From Sphyrna mokarran (taxonomy: Eukaryota): 64,000 bases of DNA. Both the position numbers and the translations under genes were made by a program. Below the pieces are notes generated by a model. The model worked only from the letters and a program-made list of their open reading frames with translations. It was not told the origin of the DNA and did no database searches. Below, in pieces: positions 47,701 through 60,045 of the stretch (the first letter of the stretch is position 1; each line of letters begins with the position of its first letter). Location: positions 93,186,001 through 93,250,000 of the forward strand of contig JAGIQG010000006.1 of the NCBI GenBank assembly GCA_024679065.1, in the 5' to 3' direction.

Positions 47701-50700
47701 TCATGCCTGTGACAAGCCTGGAAAACTGATATTGTGCTGCCTGCAAAGCCTGGCACTGATTCCTGTGAATGCTGCTTGATGCTTGGTAACCAAACTAACC
47801 TCCAAGTGCAAGTTACCAGGTGCATGTCGCTTATGTGCCATTGCAAAACACATTCTAATTGTATGATAATGTGACTGGATGATCCAGTGTGATGATAAGA
47901 TTCTGACAAGGAGACCTCATAATGACCTGCAAAGACATTGAAATGGCATTCCCAATATGCTGCAGCAGGAAATTGTCCCCTTGGAATGATTACTCTGTTC
48001 TGTCAATATCACTTTGCCAATAATTATCTCATCCCTAATCTATGATATTCTGTTCCTCATAACTGTCAAATATATGATGTACGTGATGCCTCATCACCTT
48101 TTATCAATTACTCCGATTCTGAAAGTTTATAATCAATCCTGATTAGCTAAGGTGAATGGATTTTAATAATTCATGTTGTAGAGTTACTATCTTCCCATCA
48201 CACCCATCAGTTTACTAAGACCTTCCCACTCTTTATGATCCTCTCTTTTATAATACGTTTTCTTGGGCATTTTTATGCAATACTTAAAGCACACTGAAAT
48301 TTCTCTTGAGGCTTTTGTGTCTTGAATATTCTTTCCACTGCACATAGGGCATTAAAATGGAACCGAAAAGATATTTCAGGATTCCTCCCATAACACATTG
48401 ATATGGACATAGCCATTCTCTGTGTGGATTTCCCAGGCCAGGGCAGATATTAGCTTGTAATAATTTTGAATCCACAACTGCTATTTTATTTAAATCTTTA
48501 TTAATGGTAATTTACAATAGCCATGAAAGTTTCCTCTAATGTATTTTGCATATATCACATTTGCACTAATCTATCTCTTGAGCTTTTTCAACTATTCCTG
48601 CATCATTTAGTAGAATTTTTAATCTTGACAAGGGGAGTGAGGAACTTGTCAATGGAATTTGAAATCAAATTTATTTTTTTCTCTTGAGCTGTTATCACCT
48701 GAAGCCATTTATTCTTCTTTAACTTTCTGATTAGTGATGTTGGGTTCTGATAATGTAATGACCTGATTGGGAAATCAGTAAATTTGGAATTCAACCAAAG
48801 ACAATTGCCTTATTATATTCCATGCCTAGTTTCATTTGTATTTTTTGCATAAAGACTTCCTCAGCAGCGAAGGTAGCTCATTAGGCACCAAATGTAATAA
48901 AATGGCTTTCTGCAGCTATTTTGCATTTTTGATGACATCAATGTGTCATTGAACCTGAAACTAATAGAACTTTCATATGACTTTCCTTTCAGCCTTACTA
49001 CTGAGTAAACCTATATAGCATTTTAACTAACTCATTCCATATTCTGCCAAGGTGCAACCATTGTTTAACATAACACAATTAAAGGAACTAGTACACTCAT
49101 TAATGGACTGAAACTTCTTTTGGCTATTATAGCTCTCTGAGTAATTAATATCATCATCACCTTCTGAACTTTGAAGACCCTGTGTTCTGTGTTGGGCAAT
49201 TTCAGCTAATATTTTAAGTCACATCTAAAATATCTGCTAATAGTACTCCACGCATTCCAAAGGTTCATTCATCCATTATCATTCCAATCCTGTCATCTGT
49301 CAAATTTACCAAAAATGCCTTCATCCTCATTTTCTCTGCCAGTGATTTGTATCTGAGTGACCTTGAAAGACCATGAAGACTGAGTCTTCATCCTTTGTGA
49401 CATCACAGAATGTCCCATTTATGCCAAAAAGGCTGCTAGAAATAACTGTTCTCCAAGAATTTGTTTGAAAAGTTTCTGACATCTAATCCAAAAGTATGGG
49501 TGAGCTCTTACCAAAGAATGGTAAGAGTGTTGGTTCCAGCAAGAAAAAGTGTATTTCTCTCCAGAGAAACAAGCCATGTTTCTCTCCAGATCTTACCACA
49601 ACAAAAAAGCAGGTGAGTTACATGAAGATCAAGGTGCTATGTTTAAAGATCAATGGCTGAGACATTCCCTCCACCCATGCAGCCTCGAAGTTTGTGAACT
49701 ACCTTAATCTACAGTTGCATGGCACTGCTGCATGTAACCCTGTACGTGAGATCTTGATGGTAAAAGGGAGGACTCCCACATAGAGAACCATTCAGAGTAC
49801 CCCACCACTTCTGTATCTCTCTTTAAAGGTGTTCTAGGTACTTAACAGTATGTTATTTGTGGAATTGTTTAATTAATATCCATCAACATCTACTTTATCC
49901 CCATCTTCTATTCTATTCACTTTCAGTCAAATATGTAACCTTGGTTTATAATTACACCAAATCACTTTAAGGTTGAATTCCCCCATAGTCTCCAAATATG
50001 CCTTCAGTGCAACTTCTTTTCTAATTATGTATGGTGCTGACTTACTAAGTACCTGAACATCATGTACACATGGACCAATCTTTTAAATTGCACAAGTTTT
50101 CTCAAAATCAACATTAAGAATTCCAAAAATCTGTCACAATGCTTTTCTAAACTTCAATAAAATGTAAAAGCTGTCAGCATAATTGTTCTAATTTGTAATG
50201 CGTGAAAACTAAAACCAGCTCAGTTACAGACAATTTTTATTGTAATATTTTTATTTATATCTCCCCAACAGAAGAGGCAGTGGAAAAAGAATGCTCAACA
50301 ACAGGTGTGGAAAAAATGGACCAGAGGTCTTTCATGTGTTTTCAAATTACAAAATGTTGATTTTCAGAATTGGGTCTCATTATGGCCTTGTTGCATCCTA
50401 AAATTGTTGCAACAAAATCTAAATTCTAAACCAATGACTTTCAACATTTGGATATGTCAAAAGGGATAGGATTTCAGAAGGGCCTCTTGATTTGGAGGAG
50501 AAGTGGAAGGAGGCTGGAATAGGAGAGATCAAAATGATCCTTATAGGTCCAAGAGGAACACTTCTGCCCTTGTAAGGGAAGTAGAACTAGATGTTCAAAA
50601 GACATCTCTTTGGGTCTTGTCTCACATTGGCTCCTCTTCCCATTCGACAAGAGGTTTTTGCTTAGGCCCATGGTAAAAGAGGAACTCAAACCTACAACTA

Positions 50701-50732
50701 CAGGTTAAATGTGGTATTTCAGTGATAGAAAA

Positions 50733-52590
50733 AAGTCTCACAACACCAGATTAAAGTCCAATAGGCTTATTTGGTAGCAAACGCCACTAGCTTTCAGGAC
50801 TCTGCCCCTTCATCAGGAGAGTGGGAAGTTCTGATCACAAACAGGCATACGAAGACACACACTCAGTTTACAGAATACTGATTAGAATTTACAACTAATC
50901 AACTCTTAAAGATGCAGACAATGTGAGTGAAGATGGTATTAAGCATGGGTTAAAGAGATGTGTATTGTCTCCAGACAGGACAATCAGTGAGATGTTGCAA
51001 GTTCAGGCATGTCATGGGGATTACAGATAGTGTGACGTGAACCCAAGATCCCAGTTGAGGCCGTCCTTGTTTGCAGAACTTGACTATCAGTCTCTACTCA
51101 GTGACTCTGCACTGTCATGTGTCATGAAGATGGCCTTGGAGAATGCTTACCCAAAGATCAGAGGCCGAATGCCTTTGACCACTGAAGTGTTCACCAGCAG
51201 GAAGAGAACACTCTTGCCTAGTGATTGTCGAGCGGTGTTCATTTATCCGTTGTCGTAGCGTCTGCATAGTGTCCCCAATGTACCGTGCCTCAGGACATCC
51301 TTTCCTGCAGCGTATCAGGTAAACAACATTGGCCAGGTTGCAAGAGTATGTACTGTGTACCTGGTGGATGGTATTATCAAGTGAGATGGTGGCATCTATG
51401 TCAATGATCCAGCATGTCTTGCAGAAGTTGCTGTGGTAGAGTTGTGTGGTGTTGTGGTCACTGTTCTCCTGAAGGCTGGGTAATTTGCTGCAGACAGTGG
51501 TCTGTTTGAGCTTGTGTGGTTGTTTGAAGGCAAGAAGTGAGTGTATGGGGACAGCCTTGGTGAGATGAAAAAGACAATGAATGTTTTCATCAATGACATG
51601 TTGAAGACTCCAGAGAAGATGTCATTGCTTCTCCACTCTGACGAAGACTGGATGATGAAGGGTACTCTGTTCACCGTGTCCCGTATTTGTCTTCTGAGGA
51701 AGTCAGTGCGGTTTTTCACTGTGGCGCGTTGGAATTGTCTGAGTCCAACGCCACATCCTATTTTCATGAGGGCATCTGGAGGTGTCTGTTGTGATCCTTC
51801 TCATCTGAGCAGATTCCTGTATACGCGGAGGGCTTGTCCGTAGGGGATGGCTTTTTAATGTGTTTAGGGTAAAAGCTGAAGAAATGGAGCATCGTGAAGT
51901 TATCAGTGGACGTGCGGTGCAGTGAGGTCTTAAGGTGACTGTCCTTAAGGAGATGTGTGTGTCCAAGAATACAACTGATTCTGTAGAGGAGTTCATAGTG
52001 AGTCTGATGGTGTCATCTTTGTTTATGTCATCATATAGTTGTTTCAGTGATCACCATGAGTCCAAAGGAAGAAAATATCATCGATATTATACACTAGATA
52101 CCTCGGTTGAAGGTCTTGTGTGGTGAAGAAGTCTTGTTCGAACCTGTGCATGAAGATGTTGGCATATTGAGATGCAAATTTGGTCCCCATGGCTGTTCCG
52201 TGTGTCTGGATGAAGAACTGGTTGTTGAAGGTGAAGACATTGTGATCCAGGATGAAGCAGATGAGTAATAAAATTTTATCTGGAAACTGGCGGTTGTCTG
52301 CGTTAAGTACTGAGGCAGTTGCAGCAATGCCATTGTCGTGGGGGATGCTGGCGTAGAGTGCCAAGACATCTATTATGACGAGGAGTGCTTCTGGTTCAAT
52401 TGCTCCATGTGTGCTGAGTTTCTGTAGGAAGTCCGTAGCGTTGTAACAAAACTTGCGACAATGGGTTTCAGGGTGCCCTCAATGTAGCCGGAGAGGTTCT
52501 CGCACCAGGTCCCGTTGCCCGATATGATGGGACAGCCGGGTGTGTTTGCCTTGTGTATTTTTGGGAGGCAGTAGAGATCTCCAACACAGA
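50733..52590 (-). mobile_element. 5'-truncated Penelope-like retroelement (RT plus GIY-YIG endonuclease plus terminal repeat), disrupted
   Basis: RT: LYCLPKIHKANTPGCPIISG, MDVLALYASIPH, QTHGTAMGTKFASQYANIFM, YNIDDIF. GIY-YIG: NVVYLIRCRKGCPEARYIGDTMQTLRQRINEH (about 51340-51230). Terminal repeat at 50733-50830. Confidence 0.93.
50783..50822 (-). ncRNA. Minimal type I hammerhead ribozyme motif in the Penelope terminal repeat (stem I partly degenerate)
   Basis: Minus strand: cuc-CUGAUGA-A-GGGGC-AGA-GUCCU-GAAA-GC-UA-gug. Both core boxes, a stem II and the palindromic AGCU at stem III are present. Confidence 0.7.
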
Positions 52591-53439
52591 GTTTCAGTAA
52601 TCCAGGAGCTTTTCACTGCCTGCCGACCTGGTTATGCTTAGCTTGCTCTTTTTCATCCTCCTGTGTTCCATTAGTTAGAAGATCAAATTGCTGAGTACAA
52701 ACAAGTGCTGTATGTATAATAAGTTGCCTCAACTACGGTTTGTAAACTGTTGCTGAAAGCTAGATTGCAGCAACAAACCAATTAATTATTCCATTGTGTG
52801 AAAACTATGATGCAGTTAACCAGGAAACAAAGCAAGATTGTGCCTTCAGTTATGAGCTTAACAGCGTAAACATACCAAAAATTTAATATAATTTATTTTT
52901 GTTTTGCGGTATCAAAGCTAATATTCTCTCAATGTGCTCTTGATATCTATTGGGACATTTTATGAATTGATTTGTGTGTTATGGAGCATTGTCACCTTCA
53001 GAGACATGCTAAGAATTTGAATCTAGATTTTGCAGTTTTCCAACCATTCATTTTAGTAGGTACAAAATCATTGTACTTATTAATGTGAATTAAAAAAAGT
53101 GAAAAAATGTGTGCCTAATTTCTTCTCCACTACCAGTCTATAACAGTTATTTAATCTCTTTATCTGCCTATTCATCATTATATAAATAATACTGAGACTG
53201 TTGAATTTCTAAACAGGACACAACCTTTGGATAGATGGACATATGATTCAATGGAATATATTTAGTGGGAGCTGGCCTGAACAAAACATTCTCTGTACAC
53301 GTTTTGTTCACTTGAGAAATAGTTGTAAATAGTTCCTTGTAAATAATGTATGTGATTTTAGCTGACAAATCAACCCTCCTCTGACAATAAAAGTCACTGT
53401 GTACCAAGCTGTTAGCTTCATCATGCTAGTGTTGTCACA

Positions 53440-53720
53440 TTAGGCATCTTGACCACTTCCATTGTCTAAAATGTATTATTGGCCATAAGTAGCTAGACAG
53501 GGAGTCTAACATAAATGACCTCAAGCACTGTACTTCAGCTGGAATTGGGGCCATAATCATAGGTGTCTAATTGAATTCGTCTGGACATGCCACTCATATT
53601 CCTGATTGTGGAATTCCCAAATGTGTCTTCTATGCCAACTTGAGGTCCAGATATTGCAGCAGAGATAAGCAGATAAAACTCAGTAAAGACACATTGGGAC
53701 TCATGTTCATGTGTGCTACA
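53440..53720 (+). mobile_element. Ancient RTE-clade LINE C-terminal fragment
   Basis: HFHCLKCII and SGHATHIPDCGIPKCVFYANLRSRYCSRDKQIKLSKDTL match RTE W.GHV.RM.D.R.PK..LY.EL..G.R..GGQ.KR.KD.L. Confidence 0.65.
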
Positions 53721-55549
53721 TTAACCCCACAAACTAAGAAAGTGCAGATCACAATAACAACATGTCTGCCAAATTATTTTTAATGAAATTAAGTGCATGT
53801 GAGATCTGGCTGCTGAGTGACAGGCAGAATACAACTTGATTATTCAATCTGATCGGTTGTACATTAACATTCGGGTTGGGCATTGTTCCCACCAGTGCAT
53901 CCACATTTGCCTTTCAACTTGACGATACACCATCACATATCTGATAAAATAGATGCGTATAAATGTGCAGAGGCTATGCTAATGTATAAAAGTACATGCA
54001 TACATGTCCAAGAGATCCTGTTCCCAATTAGTGTAATTATAGTTTTTGGTAAAGCAGCATGCTCCAATAAGTGAACTTTCTAAGCCAAGCACTTATTATA
54101 GGTCTCTGAACAACAAAACAATCTTCACTGTGGTTTCTCATATATAGTCTCCGAAAGTTTCGCTAGTGAATGGATTGGCTGCATCTGAGGTATGACTTCT
54201 CAATTAGAAGCAAGTCCATTTTGCAGATTGATGTATTGTTTGGGAGTTATGCTTTCCTCTCTTTCCATTCTGTTGCAAATAGGTGGGTAAATATTGCAGC
54301 TGATTTGGCTATTTCCACTGGCAGTGGTGTGCAAGTCCCTGCTCTTAGAGCACTCTGACTGGGCCAAGTGAAAGCCAAGCAGTGATGCTGGAATTCACGT
54401 GTGCACATTTAACATCCTGACATATTAAAGCTATTATGCTTACGTTGTTAAGTACAAATTGCACTGCTCTCAAATTATGATTAAGCTATGCCTGCAGAGA
54501 CTGATGTTTCTGCTTACATTGTTCCTACAATTCCTTGGTCATTATTTCTGCAAAAACCTGTCAGTGAAAATGCCTCGAAGATGTGGCAGCACCTTTGATA
54601 AAAGGGAGTTTTGGAAACCAAAACACATTCATTTTTGAGATCAGTATGAAATAATTGAACTCTAAATTCTAGTTCCCTGCTGGTGGTAAATACGTCATCT
54701 GGGTAGAATATAGGGTACATCCATAGGGCAAAAGGCAAAAGATCTTTCTCGCCCAAATCAATCCCCAAATAAATTAGCTTGGAATTTCTGGGTCCAGAAC
54801 AGGAAATATAGTTCATTTGACAGTTTTACCATTTTTCTCCCCATTGGCAATATTTTCCAATTAGAACATCAATGCTGAAAGGTGCAAAGCATGACTGGCT
54901 TATCCTGAAGGCTTGAACCTGAATAGAAATTAATATAATGGGGAAAAAAGTAATATTGAGCTTTCAAGATAATGTTGCCAAATTGTAATATTTTGCCAAA
55001 ACAAAATGGAGAAAAATTAGTGGAAAAAGCCAGATGGAATACGTAAAAAATTTCTTCTTGTATAGAGAGGGCAAAGCATATAATCCAGACCTCCATCAGT
55101 GCATTTTTCAGTTAGTTGTCAGGAGTTCAGTGAGAGTAACCCAAATGAGTCACTTTCTTTGCTGTGTTCTAACAAAGAAATCCTTGTCTGCTCCAGCTGA
55201 TATTTTCATTGGTTCCTTTATCCTGTGAGGAAATGTTACAAAAATTCTGCCAGCCCAGTGCATTATTACGACAACAGGAAATCTACAGTTAAAAGATAAT
55301 TAACTAAGACAAACCTTTAGTTTTTATAATTGCTTTGTGACAGAAGTGATATGATAGATAAATTACAATGTAGCTAATTTTGACCTGATCGTGCTTGTGT
55401 ATGGGTTGGGGGGGGTGGTGCGGTTGTGGAGTGGTGATGTTGTGGCATGTAGCTAATGTGAGACCATTTGTTAGCCTTAGTTTCAGATTAAGATATTTTA
55501 ATTCTTGGAATCTCAAATACCATTGGTCCACTTCCTGTCAGGAATACAA

Positions 55550-56399
55550 TGGGAAGGGGGCACACAGCAGCTGCCAGCCGGGAAGCATTGGACAGTCAGC
55601 TTGCAGGCAAATGGCAAGCTGCCGGGGTGAGTTGAAGATTGATGCAAGGACAGGGAGGAGTCCAGGATAAAGGAAGCTGAGACTTTGCTTGTGAGGCCTA
55701 GAGGAGCACTACTGCTTTTTCATCCTACAATGGAAATGTTTACGTTTAACATTTAACTTAAGTATCTTGCACCAGTTCCTGACCCCGGCAACTTCCCAAC
55801 TCAAGTTCTTTTTAGAATGTGGCTTGGATTCTATTGATATCATAGGACTATGATTAGCATGAATTCATGAGGTTCCCATTTGAGTTCTGAAATGGTGCCT
55901 AAAGCTGCAGCACTAATATTAGAAATTAGAGGAATGGAGCTGCTCAGTGTGGGCTACTTATCACCACTATTCCTGCCTAGCAGGGAGAGGAAAAATCTGT
56001 TACAGACCCCAGCACTTATAGTGTGTGTGAATTAACACAAATCACTTATCAAAAGCAGTGTACTGTTAAACCAGACTAGGCCGTATCTCCTTTTTGCTGT
56101 AAAAGATGAAGCAAATGAAATTTCCTCAACAGACCAAAATCAAAGAATATTCTGATACAATGAAGTAAATGATAGCCTATGAAAGGAACCATTATTATTG
56201 TGCATTTCTCCCTTAACTCCATTTTTATATCTTTGGCTTCACAATTGGATTCGTCACTTCTCCTAATCTGAAGCCACTAGTTTGGGTTAATTCCAGATAC
56301 GGTGGGAAGGGGGCACAGAGCAGCTGCCACCTGGAAAAGATTGGACAGTCAGCTTGCAAGCAATTGGTAAGCTGCTGGGGTGGGTTGAAGATTGATGCA
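55550..56399 (+). repeat. Diverged direct repeat, about 97 bp x2 (55550-55646 and 56303-56399)
   Basis: TGGGAAGGGGGCACA.AGCAGCTGCCA...TTGGACAGTCAGCTTGCA...GTTGAAGATTGATGCA aligns without gaps, with roughly a dozen substitutions. Confidence 0.9.
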
Positions 56400-57012
56400 G
56401 AAAAGGAAACAGTTCAGACAAAGGAAATTGTGACTTTGCTTGGAGTGTTTTTCTGTCACTTCCTTTTGAATTTTTATTAAATCGTTAAGGTCCCCTTTCC
56501 AATTTTCATGTTTAAACAGGCCATTAAATACTCTTTCCCCAGGATTGAACACTCCTTCTCCACTAAAAATATCGTAGTAAATTGATCCTATTGAATAAAG
56601 CCACTTGCATGTCTGAAGAACATCTTTGTAACGAAAGAGGCTGCACCATCTAATGGTTCCCCTCTGTCAACAAAGAGCCTCGCATCCTCTTAGTTCAACT
56701 CAGCTGCAACTAGCAATTCCCTGGGAGTTTCAGGTATCAATTCATATTTAACAGTTTGTGATGCTGAACATTCTAGACTGAATAATACCTGGTAGCAACA
56801 CTTTTTTGAGTGTTGATGGAGGAGCTGAAGGTCATGAAATGACAACTTTGGAGGAATCCCTTTTTTATTTTACTAAACAATGATCCCCCCCAGCTGAAAG
56901 CGAAGGCTTTGCAACAGAAGGACCTAGAAATTTGACCACACCTGAAATTGGGGTACAGTCTGGATAAGCATTTACTCATGGGAGCAGATGGCAGCACCAC
57001 AGAAAATTGGTA

Positions 57013-57485
57013 TATAGAATTATAAAATCTACAGCATGGAGTCAGGCCCTTCGGCCCAAATTGGGCCATGCTGACCAAAATGCCCATCTAAGCTTAACCC
57101 CATTTATCAAAATATGGCCTATTTCTCTCTAAATCTTTCGTATCCATGTATCTGTCCAAATGCCTTTTAAATGTTGTCCCTGCCTCAACTGCGTCCTTCA
57201 GCAGTTCATTCCACATTTGTACCATCCTCTGTGTAAGAAAAAAAGTTGCTCCTCAGGTTCCTGTTAATTCTTTCCCCTCTTAATTTACACCTATGCCGTC
57301 CAGCTCACGATTCCCCAATTCTGGGAAAAAGCCTGAGTGCATTCACCCTATCATGCCTCTCATGATATTATACACCTCTTGTGAGATTACCCCTCAGTCT
57401 CCAATCTCTCCCTATAACTCAGTCCCTTGAGTCCTGGCAACATTCTTGTAAACCTCTTCTGCACTCTCTCCAATTTAATAACATA
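57013..57485 (-). mobile_element. CR1 (HER1-like) 3' fragment
   Basis: Terminus TATAGAATTATAAAATCTACAGCATGGAGTCAGGCCCTTCGGCCCAA on plus. LERVQKRFTRMLPGL on minus near 57470. Confidence 0.85.
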
Positions 57486-57654
57486 TGGTAGCATTGCTAT
57501 GAGAAACAAATATGTCCAAAGGCTGGGGGGGACAGGTGGGCATCTAATCATTAGGGAAGAGTGGGTGAACCAAGGCTGATAGCTACCTAAAATTTTAATG
57601 TGGAGTCAGGACAACCACTCTCAATCCTCCTGGTACCACATTGGTTGAATCAGA

Positions 57655-57905
57655 GAAACATACTGCACTATAGAAGGCCATTCAGCAATCACACCTGTGC
57701 TGGCTCTTTGAAGTTATCCATGCAGTCCCCTCCACATTATTATACTTTTTATAAAAAAATATATTACTTAACTATATATTCAAAAGTTACGTTTGAATCT
57801 GCTTCATTCATCCTTTCAGGCAGTGCATTGCAGGTCCTAGCAATTCACAATGTAAAAAAATTCTCATCTCCCTTGAACTTTTGTTGTCAACTAATTTAAA
57901 TCTAT
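57655..57905 (-). mobile_element. Decayed CR1-group LINE 3' end
   Basis: AGAAGGCCATTCAGC...TTGAATCTGCTTCATTCATCCTTTCAGGCAGTGCATT...TGTAAAAAAATTCTCATCTCCC pattern. Confidence 0.55.
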
Positions 57906-58948
57906 GAATTGTATGTGGTTCCTGATTAAGTAAGCAAAGAAAGATGTCTTGACATTTTTTTTCTGGCAACATGTAGCAGTCCCTTCAAAGATTGGCTTGT
58001 TTGCCAATCACCTGAGGAAATTGGCACATTGCTATCAAGCAGGAATCATTTTCATGATGGGGCCTGAAATAAGTGTTTAGCCCATGATGTGCATAAGCAA
58101 TGGGCTTAGCCCCAATATGATGTGTAATGTGTACTGAAAATGAGTATACACATGCAGCATGCTCTATTCAAAAAGTAAATTTGTGCAGGCCTACAGGGAA
58201 AGAGCATGGAAGTCAGACTGCTTTGATAGCTCTTAGAAAGAATCAGGACAACCATAATGGACCAAATGGTCTCCATCTGCATGCTATGTTTGTATTGTTC
58301 CATGTCTGAGGATCCAGAATGAGCAAGGGTGCTCCCCCAACTTCACAATAACATTGCAGGCAGATGTTGGAAAGGTCTGCATCATAGGTTGCACCCATTC
58401 CTAGACTGAAACTCATACTTTTTATAACTGGCACCACCATCACCAAATGGCTGAGGCTGGCAAACCTAATCCTGTCAATCAGCCACGAGAGTATGGGCAT
58501 TGCACCTTTAGCACGTCTTTTCCAGCAGAAGAAACAAGCACTGTGCTGTCCAGTTTCTGCCTAATGATTCAGTTAGCTGGTTTGCTGTCTTTTTCTTAAG
58601 TAGACTTTCATTAAATGGGGAAATGACAATGAAAATATTTGTGTTTGCTTCTGAAGTAAAATCTACTCTGAAAATGTTTGTGATGCCAACATTTAGAGGG
58701 TTAGCTACTGCAGGAAATGAATGATTCCCTAAACACAATTAGAAAAAAGAAACAGGAAAAGACTTGTTCTCGCGAGCAAAAGTATTTGTGACCCTGGTTT
58801 TAGTCTTCGCTGGTCTGTCTGTCAAACTGAAAAAAGATAGCAAATTATTGTTTTAATGTAATTTCCCCCCCCGCCCCCACCACCACCACCATCACTTAAG
58901 ATTTCTTCAAATACATGAGAACTTGTAGAAGTGCAAATCTTTTTACAT

Positions 58949-59238
58949 GGGCATCACAGTGGCACAGTGATTAGCAATGCTGCCTTATAGCGCAAGGGAC
59001 CTGGGTTCAATTCCCAACTTGGGCCACTGTCCGTGTGGAGTTTGCACATTCTCCCTATGTTTCATGAGTTTCCTCCGGGTGCACCAATTTCTTTCCACAA
59101 TTCGAAAGACGTACTGATGATGTGCTAAATTCTTTCTCCCTCAGTGCATCCGAACAGGCACTGGAGTGTGGTGGCTTGTTGGAGTGTGGATTTTCACAAT
59201 AACTTCATTCAGTGTTAAACAAGCCTAAATAAACTTTT
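58949..59238 (+). mobile_element. HE1-type V-SINE, tail type B
   Basis: GGCACAGTGATTAGCAATGCTGCC, GGTTCAATTCC, core, and tail CCGAACAGGCACTGGAGTGTGG...GATTTTCACAATAACTTCATT. Confidence 0.9.
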
Positions 59239-59854
59239 ATTTGGAGATTAATATCAAGTGGCATTATAATACTTCTACCAATCACTTCTACAAAATTAGA
59301 AATATAACTTGTTCATAAAATTAGCATTGGAATAATTTGTTCAATAATCTCAAAAATGGAAAAAACAACTGGAAAGAATTTGATCAGTAAATTTCTGTAA
59401 GAAAATCATGGGTTACCTTGGAAATGGAAGACTCCACTAGTATGTTTTATGTATCTCCTCTGCTGGTTGAAATTGTCTTCTGTTATTAATTCTGTTCCTA
59501 AAGGTTGTAATGTTTCTGATCAATTGATAATGTGCTTTACACAGGAACAAGAAAACCATGACTTGAGTATCCAGGTACGATGTTTGGGATTAATTTGGTA
59601 ACATTAGCTGATGGACATATCTTAAATGTGCCTTCAGAACTCGGCAATATTGCTCATAACTGACCATGAACAACACAATGAATAAATGTTTTTGAGAATA
59701 GATGATTTGGGAGTTCCATCTCTGATGAGGAATCAAGAGGTTTTGAGGTCGTCAAGTCCTGCTGGTGCAGAAGAGAAATCGATATAGCATTTTTCTCATC
59801 TGATCACTTGTTGGTGCTGAATCAACATTGCTTTGTCAGCCAATTTTGGGGGTC

Positions 59855-60045
59855 AGTGGATAACTGCACTGTCAGGGGAGCTGAAATCAGAATAGTTCCA
59901 GATTTAATCCTAGGTATATGTTGAGTTAGCTGATATCAGCTGAGAAGATTAGGTTTTGGACCCTTGGGCAAGGGAGGAAAGAAAGGTCAGGCAGGGTTCC
60001 TGCTCCTAACTGCTATTCAGTGAATACTGTCAGAAAGTGAATTTT
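59855..60045 (+). mobile_element. Ancient SINE-like relic
   Basis: GTTGAGTTAGCTGATATCAG...CCCTTGGGCAAGGGAGG...CAGGGTTCCTGCTCCTAACTGCTATTCAGTGA, related to 10400-10600. Confidence 0.45.

Noticed and set aside
49565-49611. Exon-like segment (TTTCTCTCCAG ... CAG|GTGAGT)
   Set aside because: The acceptor motif is a local tandem duplication within probable LTR-like sequence, and there is no linked reading frame. Not supportable without RNA data.
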